From positions 32,001 through 96,000 of the IMG/VR virus record IMGVR_UViG_3300037069_000805: 64,000 nt of DNA. The stretch is one strand, 5' to 3'. Positions within the stretch are counted from its first letter, which is position 1. Each line of letters begins with the position of its first letter. This DNA comes from a virus. This document shows, piece by piece, positions 10,501 to 19,954 of this stretch. The position numbers were made by a program, and so were the translations under genes. Under the pieces are notes generated by a model that saw only the letters and a program-made list of their open reading frames with translations, had not been told where the DNA came from and made no database searches.

Positions 10501-12636
10501 TTTAAATTTATCTGAAAATTTTATAAATTTATCTTGTTGTTCACCTTTAGTAGTTCTATTACCAATTGCATTATAAAAGTTAATATTTTGATCTAATATA
10601 TCTTTAGCTTTATTAATTACATGAGTAATCTTCTTATCAATAGTATTTAAGTCATAATAACCTTCTTTCTTGTCTTTTAAGACAGTTTTAAACATTGCTG
10701 GACTATATATATCACCTTCAAAAGAAAAGCCTTTAAAATCACTATTATCATTATTCTCAACAAAGTCATTTACTTTATTAATTAATAATGCAGCATCTAT
10801 AAGTTCATTATTAGATAATGTTCTAGGTAATCCAAATAATCTTCTAATAATATCTTTTAATTCATTCCAGAAAGATTTATTTTGTCTTAATTCAGCTTGA
10901 AATTCTGGATTACTAAATATCTCAGCTACAAATTCATCAGTATTAGTAAAACCATACTTAGAATTTATATCACCTCTTTCATTTGCTACAAACTTATGTT
11001 GTTCAAATGCTTTTTCAATAAATTTTTTAAATTCTCTTTCTTCAAAAGTTTGAGGATTTTTTAATGCTTTATGAGTAATAGCGTGAACAACTTCATGTAT
11101 AAATGATTCAATAGTTTGTTCTTTAGATAAAGATTCTAACGACTCTTTAGCTATAATTATTTTATTAAGATTAGCATCGTAAGCCATAGCTACAGAACTA
11201 TCTACATAATCATATCTTTTAGACATGTTTTCTAAAGTATCTATTTCTACAGTAGCTTTAGTATTATTAATAATCTTTTGACCTTTTTCTAATAAAGTTA
11301 TAAAATTAGGTTGTAAATTCTCTTTATTTTGATTAATGATATTAGTTAAAACTTCTTCTACAGTATAACTATATTTTTCTTCAGAATTAAATAATAATTG
11401 TTTATTAGATTGAGTATTATCTGTTTTAATATTTGTAGTTGATGTATTTTCACCAGTAGTAAATATTTCTTCTTTTTTATTTTCATCTAATAATTTATTA
11501 AATAATATAGTAGAATTATCTCTTTCATTATCTAAAATAACTTCATTCCAAGTATTATCATATTCGTCAGTAATTTGATTAGAATTATAATAATTTTGTA
11601 AATTTTTTCTAATTTTATCTTGACTTAATTTTTTAAATGATTCCAAACTTTCAATTTGTTTTTCTAAATCATCAATTTTATCTGTAATGTTAAATAATTG
11701 ATTATCATAAATTTCTTTAGTTATTTCATATTCTAAAGGACCAACTCCTTCTGGAGTATTATTATCTATTTTAATATCTCCAATTTTAGAAGTAGTTTTA
11801 AAATTTAATAATTGTTTTCTTGCTAATATTAATTTTTTATTTAATTCTTCAATTTTATTTTCAAAATATTTATTTATATTTTCAAGTTCTCTTTTAGCTA
11901 TTTTGTCAGTAATTTTATTATTTAATTTTACAACTTTATTTGAAATTATAAGTTGGTATAAATCTTTAATTGTAGAATCTTCAGGTATTTTTATATTATC
12001 GTTAATTCCAAAAAATTCTTTAATAAAATCTAAAATTTTACTTAATATAGAACGTTTAACTTTTAAATCTTCATTTTTAAATTCTTTTTCAATTGCTCTT
12101 ACAATATATTCTTCTTGTTGCCAAGATTTTGGCATATCGGAATATGTTTTATTATTTAAAAATGAAGATATTTCTGGATATAATCTTTTAGAATCATTAT
12201 AAATTTTATTAAATAATTCAGGATTTGAAGAATTTAAATAAGTTACAAAAGGATGTGATATTTCATGTAAAAATGTACTAGCATTTACTTTGTTTTTATT
12301 TAAATTTACAGTATTTGTATTTTTATCATATTCACCATATGTTATAAAACCATCTTCTTTATCTTTAAATTCAACAAGGTTTAAATTTACTTTTTTATCT
12401 TTTGCAAAATAATTTAAACTTTTAATTATTTTTTCATCATTATCTTCATTAATTAAATTTAAATTATTTTGATAATTTATTTCATTAGATTGTTGTAATT
12501 CATCAATAGTAGGAAAACTATCTACACCATTTTTATCCTGAAAGATAGAAATTTTAGCTTTCAGGATAATTGGATTTAAATCTGTTTGTTCTAATAGCTC
12601 TTTGTATTGAGCATCATTTATATTTATACAATTCAT
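7567..12636 (-). CDS. large virion cargo/ejection protein with two zincin-like (HExxH) domains
   Basis: 1689 aa downstream of the vRNAP; LHEISH and IHEVVH motifs; hydrophobic segment near the C-terminus. Confidence 0.75.
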   Translation of the reverse strand: MNCININDAQYKELLEQTDLNPIILKAKISIFQDKNGVDSFPTIDELQQSNEINYQNNLNLINEDNDEKIIKSLNYFAKDKKVNLNLVEFKDKEDGFITYGEYDKNTNTVNLNKNKVNASTFLHEISHPFVTYLNSSNPELFNKIYNDSKRLYPEISSFLNNKTYSDMPKSWQQEEYIVRAIEKEFKNEDLKVKRSILSKILDFIKEFFGINDNIKIPEDSTIKDLYQLIISNKVVKLNNKITDKIAKRELENINKYFENKIEELNKKLILARKQLLNFKTTSKIGDIKIDNNTPEGVGPLEYEITKEIYDNQLFNITDKIDDLEKQIESLESFKKLSQDKIRKNLQNYYNSNQITDEYDNTWNEVILDNERDNSTILFNKLLDENKKEEIFTTGENTSTTNIKTDNTQSNKQLLFNSEEKYSYTVEEVLTNIINQNKENLQPNFITLLEKGQKIINNTKATVEIDTLENMSKRYDYVDSSVAMAYDANLNKIIIAKESLESLSKEQTIESFIHEVVHAITHKALKNPQTFEEREFKKFIEKAFEQHKFVANERGDINSKYGFTNTDEFVAEIFSNPEFQAELRQNKSFWNELKDIIRRLFGLPRTLSNNELIDAALLINKVNDFVENNDNSDFKGFSFEGDIYSPAMFKTVLKDKKEGYYDLNTIDKKITHVINKAKDILDQNINFYNAIGNRTTKGEQQDKFIKFSDKFKETLKALENFDAAKQLEAVSFYTKSLFEDINSLERSFDRKSFTEEEILKTIGHYSKYLDSFTIAKDIQDLLADIKVENKFGLSNDDINEMDDALKHIIGTYDSLKTEYNSYLKKALKLTISNIQYLPELETKWKDQLKIDYKVIPRTESEDVWIARQMNTTYKEDIQNDAESYVNNLIDSPAYDISSGTKFFNDSINTNSHLIQIFNQILNEVKEAINDQVRQKEFELSGLFDKLVKEKGTEDVTKLYKNIIQQDKAGNYYLLGTHNLEFKDKLNKIDSEIDEILKTHTTNSIEFGTKAKEKYTLLKNIDKYENKVNLSDIEKDVLKTFTEIQDLVTDVTFGKQSKKKFVGNKKNNAYYYELPSITKSDLERVLGGDIKGIIKDKWTDLTTIKADDIDFNYRTDNDNNILYNIPVRYSGQIDPKDQSLDLMTVFRLQYLNGINYKEKSKRERELNTITDIAKSKKYYKTQSGKEVLKSIFNKNNPQMLDTGENSNTYKRLQSLMEKNIYDIGHHYAGKLGPVDVNKAIGFMNGSLATIGLSLNKFAATQNILNAKAMMFLEGLSKNVINKTNLAKAEALYFKEFANTMKDLGQPVEKSFINQMNRMFDTFGFDRNSMEAFIKKGVLKSYVNAESLQFMHSGGEHWVQSVLTASVLDSIKVMDADNNYIDKNGNVVDKSKSASLLDMLYIDKEDGILKINDKVIYTTQSLTSKVNEGGKAKINLLIKKKIMDCFGNYDPNTQPEALRHWWGKLFMMFRRFFVEMGTKRYMGFTNSLKSKEEIDADPEKFKQYSYALQNYEEGVYTSAMRYLAHGVIPALKQMKFDIISKEWNKLSDLERGNIRYAVGELVATAVILPLTAMLLGSMLGGAGDGDDDKVLYFWLYQVNRMESELAQYRNPSANIKLLRSPIPSMRILENSLDAIGKTINVFDWEEEYKSGPNKGKLKVIRSWEKLIPVLNNWNKDSEDLYNYQKSMFGMY

Positions 12637-13349
12637 ATTTTTTCTATTTTAAAACACTCTGTTGAACTACCTAAAAATTTGTTATTAGGAATGTAGTGAA
12701 AATTTTTTAGATATTTTATTAATAATTTTTCAGAAGTCCAAATATTTTCTGGAGTATCTTCTATTTGAGATAACATTTCTAACTTATAACCTGTTTTAGA
12801 AAAACCACTATATCTTCTATTTATATTTTTATGTTTAGTTATACCTATTTTAAAAAAAGACTCATTTTCATTGTATATATTTAATAAATATAAATAAGCT
12901 TTATTATTAATACATATAGCTTTCCAGTTTTTAAATTTGAAATTATTATAATCTCTTGGATAACATTCTGGACATCCTTTACCTCTTAGAACATTTCTAG
13001 CTATCGTTTTAAAATGTCCATGATGATTACAAGTTAAAATAACTTCATTCAGAATTCCTCTAAATTCAAGTTTATCAAATGAATATAAATCATTGTAAGC
13101 TTCTTTAACATCAAATATATATTTTTCTCTTCCTATTTTTAATTTAGTCTTTGATTTATTAATATCTCCACATTTTTTACAATTTCTAGAATGTGTTAAA
13201 AAATTATTAACAATAATTTCAAAATCACCATGTTTTTTACATGTAATTGTTACTTTATCATTATAAGATATAAAGATACTTTTTGAATAATCATATTTAT
13301 TTCCATGAGTGTCCTTACATCTTTTAATAAATTCTTCTTGTGTTATCAT
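12633..13349 (-). CDS. homing endonuclease (Zn-binding repeats plus GIY-YIG-like nuclease)
   Basis: Repeats ITCKKHGDF / LTCNHHGHF with CxxC; C-terminal YLYLL..FFKIGITK...TECF; likely start MITQEEF at 13349. Confidence 0.8.
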   Translation of the reverse strand: MITQEEFIKRCKDTHGNKYDYSKSIFISYNDKVTITCKKHGDFEIIVNNFLTHSRNCKKCGDINKSKTKLKIGREKYIFDVKEAYNDLYSFDKLEFRGILNEVILTCNHHGHFKTIARNVLRGKGCPECYPRDYNNFKFKNWKAICINNKAYLYLLNIYNENESFFKIGITKHKNINRRYSGFSKTGYKLEMLSQIEDTPENIWTSEKLLIKYLKNFHYIPNNKFLGSSTECFKIEKI

Positions 13350-13350
13350 A

Positions 13351-16300
13351 TTAACAAGATTTTTTCTGCCATAATATTGTAGCTTTTTCTTCTTCAGATA
13401 GATTATTATATTCTTGTTCAGATAATTCATTAAAAGTATTATCTTTAGGTTCTATTGAAGTTTTTTCATTACTAGGTAATATACTTCTTTCTGTTTCATT
13501 CATATCTATATCATAAGCTACTTCAGGTAGCAATGTTTCATTATAATATTTTAACAATCCTTCTTTATTAGCAATATCATTTTGAGCTAATAATGATCTA
13601 TTGTTTTCATCAAATGAATATTCAAAATATTTATTACCTTGTTTATCTTTAAAACCTTTAGTATAAGTTCTTACATAAATTGGATCATGATGTTGGTCAT
13701 ATCCTATAAGTTTAAATAAATTATCATTCTGTTTAATATATCTTCTAACCTTATTAACAAGTTGAGAATCTAATACAAATCCAAAATCTTTACTACCTCT
13801 TAATATTTGATTAGTAAATACGTTAGGAACATATAAAGAATTATCATAATTATTCTGATAAAGCTGTTCTATAAAATTAGTATCAATATGTTTAAGTTCT
13901 CTTGAATTTAAATAACCATTAATATCTTTTTCAATAAAGAATTCATTAGGTATTAATGTAAAAAATTGTCCTTTATTCATATTAAATCCTGATGTAATAT
14001 AAGAATATTTAACTAAGTTTTCAGCCATTTCTTTATCATTATTTAACATATCTAACCAAGACTTAGTAAGTTCTTGTTGAATATCAGCACTTTTTCTTCT
14101 ATTACTTAATGTAATAAATAATTTATCATCTTTATTTTTAGATAAATCTAATTCTTTAAGAATAGCATATCTATTAGACTTACTATCTTTAAAAGCACTA
14201 AATTCTTTAACAAAATCATTAGATGTTAAATGTGTATATTCTGGAGAAGATGTTTTAATACCTTCAAATCCAGATAGTACATATGATAAGTATTTCTGTT
14301 CTAAGTCTTTACCAAAATCTTCATCCATTAACTTAGTACCTTTAACATCATTACTAATGATATCAAAGTTATTTATAATACTAGATTGAGTCATAAAGAA
14401 TAATTTAGGATTTTTAACAACCATATTTATCATATCAAATATAGAATTATTTGTATAATGACCCAATAAAGTAGGTTTACCATTTCTTTCTAACTTGGTT
14501 TCAAATCCTAATAATTGACCTTTATCTTTATTATTTAATAAATCATTAATAATATTATTTCTAGCAACTAATGAAGTTACTGTTGAACCTATACCAGATA
14601 CATCTTGTGTAGAACCATCAATATTTTTCTTCATTTTTTTAGCATCTTCTTTTAATTTAAAGAATGTAGATAATACTTTCATCTGAAATTCAGGAGTATC
14701 ATTTAATAATAATGAATTAAACTCTGGAAAATAGCTCGGTTCTATCTGTTGTGATTTAACAAATGAAGCCTGTCTAGTACTAACTATATTAATAAATCTA
14801 TCAAAACTTTCTTTATATTGTATAAGTTGTTCTTTAGTAAATAAGGCTTTTTTAGTTCTTTCACCATCTTCAGTTACAAACTTTTTAGCTGATTGTAACT
14901 TAGTATTAATTTCATTATATGTTAATTTCTTATAATCAGTTTCAAAACTATTTTTAAATACTAATTTATGTAAATCTGCAACAGATATATTTCTATCACC
15001 AAATGGTAATTGTAATTGGAAATCTTTAGAATTTCTTAATACATCTAGTTTAAATTTATTTTCAATGTTACCAGTATCATTATTAATTTTAGATTCTTTA
15101 TTGTTTTGAAATTGTATAAAACTTTTAAGAATTGGTTGTTTTAAGAAAGCATTTACTTGAAATGGATGTGCTCCAGCTCTTAATAACATATTACCAACAT
15201 TTGTAGTAGCTGTATTCCAGTTACCTCTAGTAATATAAGGATCTTTAGCTATATCTACAAAAGCATTAAGAATAGCTGATAATGAATTAGCTATCTTGAT
15301 TTTTTTTAGACTTTCTAAATCAGAAGCACTTATTTTAGAATCAGATAATTCATTATATTTTTTAGAATATAATTTTAAATCTTCATCTGATAATTCTTCT
15401 GAAAACTCTTCATCAAATTTAGTTTCACCTAATTCATTTTTAAAACCAACACCTAAATAATAACCATTAAATCTAAGATTAGCCATAGTACCTCTAACAT
15501 GATCTACTAATGAATTAGCTTCCATTCCAACTCCAGCTTTACCAGCTTTATATTGAGCTTTAATATATATATCTTTAAGTCCATCAAAATGATATGTATC
15601 ACTAGTTTCATCTTCTTTATTAAAAGCTAAAATATCATTTTTAATAAAGTCAAAATCAATAGGTGTCATTAAATCATTTAATACATCTGGACTAGTAAAT
15701 ACAGCTTTATAAGCTTCAATAAGATCATTTTCTAATGAATCTTTATATACTAACTTACCATCTACCTTATTAAATGAAGGTATCATCATATACATTTTAT
15801 CAATATCGTAGTCACTACCAGTCTTAGTAGTAATACCTGTATAAGCAACAATAGTATCACCCATTCCTTCTGGTAATATACCAGCTATTTGAAATGCATC
15901 ATTTGAAGAAATTCCTTGATTAGGTATTCTATATCCAATAATATTATTTAGTATCTTATAATCAATTAAACCACCTTCATATTCATTAGTTTCAGGATTT
16001 AATGTACCAAATAATATTTCTGGTTTATTAGTATAATCTCTATAATTAGGAATATGTTGTGCTATTAATGAACCTGGTATTAATATACCTGCTGGTCTAA
16101 TCAATGGTTTACCATTAGGACCTTTTAATATATTACCAATACCATCTTTTTGTACTGTATAAGGTTGTACTTTATTTTCTGACCAAGGTGTCCATAAAAC
16201 TCCTTTTTCATTTGCTTCAGTTTTATTTAAACCAAAATCAGACATTTGAATAAAAGAACCACCATTAGTTTTAATCTTAACAACTCTATCTAATACAATA

Positions 16301-19300
16301 GATGCAAACATATTCATAATCTTACCATATGCTTGTGGTATACCTACTGGATTAATTTGAGCTTTTAAACCGTTAATAATATTTTTATTACCTTCTTGTT
16401 CAATTAATTGATTGGCTAAACTATCATAAAATAAAGATACATTATTAATTTTACCATTCTCATCAATACCTAATTCTTTATATAGTTGTTTAACACCTTT
16501 ATTAGATAATTGTCCAACTATATTATTAATTTTATCAATTAATTGACTACCAGTTATATCTTCACCTTTATAATGAAACATTTTATCTAAATTAAAAGAT
16601 AATCCTTGAAATACATTCTTTTGTATCTGAGAACCTGTATCAGTATCATGTACACCCTTAGTAGGTAAATCTTGTTGAAGTTTCCAACCTGAATTTAAAA
16701 GTTCTTGTTTATTTAAAGTAAAATCTTTTTCTAATTCAGTTTCATTACCATCTTTATGTAATCTAGTAGTATTTAAAGAACCTACTTTAATACCATCTAA
16801 TGTAATAACCTCATGTATCTGATCATTATAATGACTAGCTTCAGTCATTTTATTATACATATTCTCTAAAGATGTTCCTCTAATTAAAGAGGGAATAAGT
16901 ACAGCTTGTGAATATTTAAGCATTGTAGGAACTCCATCTTTTACTTCAAAATATACACCTTTTAAAGGTTGCATTACAAATTTTAACTCTTTTTCAGTAA
17001 GAGTTTCTTCATTCTTTGTAATTTTATTATATACATGTTCATAATTATCATTCCATTTACCCAAACCATTCATAATAAACTTCCATCTTGTAGGAGTTAT
17101 CCATGCTTGAGCATCTGCAATATTAATATTATTACCCTTATATTCTTTACCTTTATATGTAATACTATTAGTAGAACCAATATAATGTGCAGCAATTTCT
17201 GGTTTTAATATTTTATTATCAACTAATTCTTGAAAATAATCTGTAAATGGTGAGCCACCTTCTACTGAAGCAATTGAAGCAATATTAAAATATTTATCAT
17301 TAGTATTAAGATATTGACCATCTGTATAAGTAGCAGGTACTCTTTTCTTATAATCAACCATATTTTTATAATATGCATAATCACCTGAAAAAGCTTTAGA
17401 ATATTCTATTTGAGAAATTAAACCATTAATATATACATCTGCAGCAATTTGCTCTCTTATTTTATAAGATGATAATTGATTTTTATCTGCATATTTTTGA
17501 TATATAGCACTATCAATAGCATAATTTTCAGTATCTAATTTATCAGTACCTTTAAATAATTCAATATCTAACATGGTATTTAATGTACCATTAATATTTT
17601 CTTTAATATTTTGTTTAATATGTTCTTTAATTGCAATTTTTATTCTACTTGGAAATGTATTCATTACAGGAAATCCAGTTACAGAATCATATAATATAAC
17701 ATCATTACCTTCTAAATCTTTAATTTTAGGTAATGTGGATAACTTTCCTTTATTAAAGTCAACAGATAATGAAGGAAATAAAGCTGATTTAAGACCATTT
17801 TTATTACCAAGATGATAATGAATATATAACTTACTATTATCTTTGTTTAAATCAGCTTGTTTTATCTCATAAGCTACTTTATTCATCCTATCATACTCAT
17901 CTATAAAGTAATTATACAATACTTCAATAGCTTCATCATTAATAATATCGTTTTCAGAATCATAATTTGATTCAATAAATATTTCTTTAGGATATTCTAT
18001 TAGTTTTTGTTGAGATTTATCTGCTGGAGTAACTGTTCTAATAATAGGATTATTATTTTTAACAAAAGATAATAAATTATTAATATAACTAGCAATTTCA
18101 TCATTAGTAGTTATTTCTTTATTATCTACAGCATTTTTAAAATCTTCAGTTTCCTGTAAATTATTAAATATACCTACATTAAAATTTTCTAATCTATCTT
18201 TTATTACATTATCTTTTTCAGCTGGAGTTAAATATTCTAAATCTGAAGCTAATAAATAATTTAATAATTTAGATCTTTTATTAAATGGTGTTGATTCTAA
18301 ATGTTGTCTAATTAATTCAGGATGTTTTTTCCATTTTTCAACCTTAATAGTTAAATAATCTGGTTTACTAAAAACCCATTTGGTAGTTCCTGCAGAAAAT
18401 ATAGTTGATTCAGAACCTTCTGTAAAATATTTTGCTTCAGCATTAGCTAATTGTTTAAATATATTTTCATATTTTAAAGCATTACCTTCTGAAGGTTTAA
18501 TATTTTTGTTAAGTATATTTTTGGAAAAGTATTGTAATTTATTTATTAAACTATTTGTAGCAAGTTTTATAGAATCTGTATCATATATATCTTCTAGATT
18601 ATTTCTAAGAAAATAATTCATACCTTCTTCTGTAGTAACTAAACCTAAATCAGACAATATTTTAACTAAAGGATTTAATTTATGTAATAATTCAGTAGAT
18701 ATTAAATCTTCTTTAACTATTTTAGTATTAAATTCTTGTTTAAAATCATTAATTTTATCTGAAACTATTTTAAATTTTTCATATTTAAAATTATCGTTAT
18801 TAAGATATATTTCATTAAATTTAATACCCCATTCTTCCAATATTCTAGAAGCTTTGGAATTAGTTTCAGTAACAGGTAATACTCTTTGTGAATAATTAGT
18901 TAATAAATTATCTTTAGTATATTGCTTATCTACTTCAAATGTATAAAATTCATTTTTTGACAAATCAAATGCTTGTACAAATTTATTCTTAGTATTTAAA
19001 CTTAAAGGTTTGTTAGTACTTTCTAATATATTAAGTACATCTTTAATGAAAGGTTGAAATTCTTTCTCTTTTTCTAGTATACTTATAAATTCATTAAACT
19101 TATTTTCATCATCTTTAACTACAACATTATTTAATACTTGTAATAGATGTCCATATACTTGTTCAAATGTATAAAATGAATTACTATCTAATACATCATC
19201 TACCTCATTAACATTTGGTATTAAAGATAACATAAGTTTAACATCAGAATTAATATTTTCTTTATATGATCTTTCATATGATGATACATTAAAAGAATGT

Positions 19301-19953
19301 TCTCTTGTATCATCTTGAACAGTATTCATATCATCAATATTATTTTCATTTTCATTATACTTAATCTTAATAGATTTAAAATAATCTATAACCTCATCTT
19401 TAATCTCATCAATATTATCTAATAATTTAGTGATACGTTGTGATTTGATTTTAGCTATAGGTGTACTAATTGTAGATAATTCTTTAAGTTTATTATGTAA
19501 AGTATCTTCTATAAATTTACTAATATTAGTATTACTAGTTTGATTAAAATCTAAATCTTCAAATTGTTCAACTAATCTAAAATTATTTTTAATATATTGA
19601 GCACCTAAAGTTTTCTTAAGTTTATTAATACTATTAGATGTTAATACTTTAGTTAAACCTTTTTCAGGGAAAAATACTCTTTCATTATTTTTATTTAAAT
19701 AATAATGTCTATTATAGTTTTCATCTTTAAATAACTTAGGTTCACCATTATCATCAACTCTGTCTTGATTAATTTCCTTAACTTCATTCTGATAATCTTC
19801 TTCATAATTACCAAATTGATTTATAAAACTTTCAGATTTAAATTGTGTATAATAACGATTAGCTAACAATTCATCATTACTAGTTAATTTAAGTAAACTA
19901 TTAAATAAAATAGATTCATTATCATTTGTATTTGTTTGTCTTTTACAACTCAT
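13351..19953 (-). CDS. virion-packaged single-chain DNA-dependent RNA polymerase (crAss-like, phi14:2 gp66 type)
   Basis: 2200 aa; GYRIPNQ and GSDYDIDK (catalytic DxDxD at about 15799-15813); middle gene of a giant-gene trio. Confidence 0.92.
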   Translation of the reverse strand: MSCKRQTNTNDNESILFNSLLKLTSNDELLANRYYTQFKSESFINQFGNYEEDYQNEVKEINQDRVDDNGEPKLFKDENYNRHYYLNKNNERVFFPEKGLTKVLTSNSINKLKKTLGAQYIKNNFRLVEQFEDLDFNQTSNTNISKFIEDTLHNKLKELSTISTPIAKIKSQRITKLLDNIDEIKDEVIDYFKSIKIKYNENENNIDDMNTVQDDTREHSFNVSSYERSYKENINSDVKLMLSLIPNVNEVDDVLDSNSFYTFEQVYGHLLQVLNNVVVKDDENKFNEFISILEKEKEFQPFIKDVLNILESTNKPLSLNTKNKFVQAFDLSKNEFYTFEVDKQYTKDNLLTNYSQRVLPVTETNSKASRILEEWGIKFNEIYLNNDNFKYEKFKIVSDKINDFKQEFNTKIVKEDLISTELLHKLNPLVKILSDLGLVTTEEGMNYFLRNNLEDIYDTDSIKLATNSLINKLQYFSKNILNKNIKPSEGNALKYENIFKQLANAEAKYFTEGSESTIFSAGTTKWVFSKPDYLTIKVEKWKKHPELIRQHLESTPFNKRSKLLNYLLASDLEYLTPAEKDNVIKDRLENFNVGIFNNLQETEDFKNAVDNKEITTNDEIASYINNLLSFVKNNNPIIRTVTPADKSQQKLIEYPKEIFIESNYDSENDIINDEAIEVLYNYFIDEYDRMNKVAYEIKQADLNKDNSKLYIHYHLGNKNGLKSALFPSLSVDFNKGKLSTLPKIKDLEGNDVILYDSVTGFPVMNTFPSRIKIAIKEHIKQNIKENINGTLNTMLDIELFKGTDKLDTENYAIDSAIYQKYADKNQLSSYKIREQIAADVYINGLISQIEYSKAFSGDYAYYKNMVDYKKRVPATYTDGQYLNTNDKYFNIASIASVEGGSPFTDYFQELVDNKILKPEIAAHYIGSTNSITYKGKEYKGNNINIADAQAWITPTRWKFIMNGLGKWNDNYEHVYNKITKNEETLTEKELKFVMQPLKGVYFEVKDGVPTMLKYSQAVLIPSLIRGTSLENMYNKMTEASHYNDQIHEVITLDGIKVGSLNTTRLHKDGNETELEKDFTLNKQELLNSGWKLQQDLPTKGVHDTDTGSQIQKNVFQGLSFNLDKMFHYKGEDITGSQLIDKINNIVGQLSNKGVKQLYKELGIDENGKINNVSLFYDSLANQLIEQEGNKNIINGLKAQINPVGIPQAYGKIMNMFASIVLDRVVKIKTNGGSFIQMSDFGLNKTEANEKGVLWTPWSENKVQPYTVQKDGIGNILKGPNGKPLIRPAGILIPGSLIAQHIPNYRDYTNKPEILFGTLNPETNEYEGGLIDYKILNNIIGYRIPNQGISSNDAFQIAGILPEGMGDTIVAYTGITTKTGSDYDIDKMYMMIPSFNKVDGKLVYKDSLENDLIEAYKAVFTSPDVLNDLMTPIDFDFIKNDILAFNKEDETSDTYHFDGLKDIYIKAQYKAGKAGVGMEANSLVDHVRGTMANLRFNGYYLGVGFKNELGETKFDEEFSEELSDEDLKLYSKKYNELSDSKISASDLESLKKIKIANSLSAILNAFVDIAKDPYITRGNWNTATTNVGNMLLRAGAHPFQVNAFLKQPILKSFIQFQNNKESKINNDTGNIENKFKLDVLRNSKDFQLQLPFGDRNISVADLHKLVFKNSFETDYKKLTYNEINTKLQSAKKFVTEDGERTKKALFTKEQLIQYKESFDRFINIVSTRQASFVKSQQIEPSYFPEFNSLLLNDTPEFQMKVLSTFFKLKEDAKKMKKNIDGSTQDVSGIGSTVTSLVARNNIINDLLNNKDKGQLLGFETKLERNGKPTLLGHYTNNSIFDMINMVVKNPKLFFMTQSSIINNFDIISNDVKGTKLMDEDFGKDLEQKYLSYVLSGFEGIKTSSPEYTHLTSNDFVKEFSAFKDSKSNRYAILKELDLSKNKDDKLFITLSNRRKSADIQQELTKSWLDMLNNDKEMAENLVKYSYITSGFNMNKGQFFTLIPNEFFIEKDINGYLNSRELKHIDTNFIEQLYQNNYDNSLYVPNVFTNQILRGSKDFGFVLDSQLVNKVRRYIKQNDNLFKLIGYDQHHDPIYVRTYTKGFKDKQGNKYFEYSFDENNRSLLAQNDIANKEGLLKYYNETLLPEVAYDIDMNETERSILPSNEKTSIEPKDNTFNELSEQEYNNLSEEEKATILWQKKSC

Positions 19954-19954
19954 A

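Noticed and set aside
13350-13430. ORF-track 5' extensions of several genes (13430, 28702, 60212, 63396, 3148, 3536)
   Set aside because: They overlap upstream genes or hairpins extensively; downstream ATGs with A-rich leaders or stop-start coupling are more plausible
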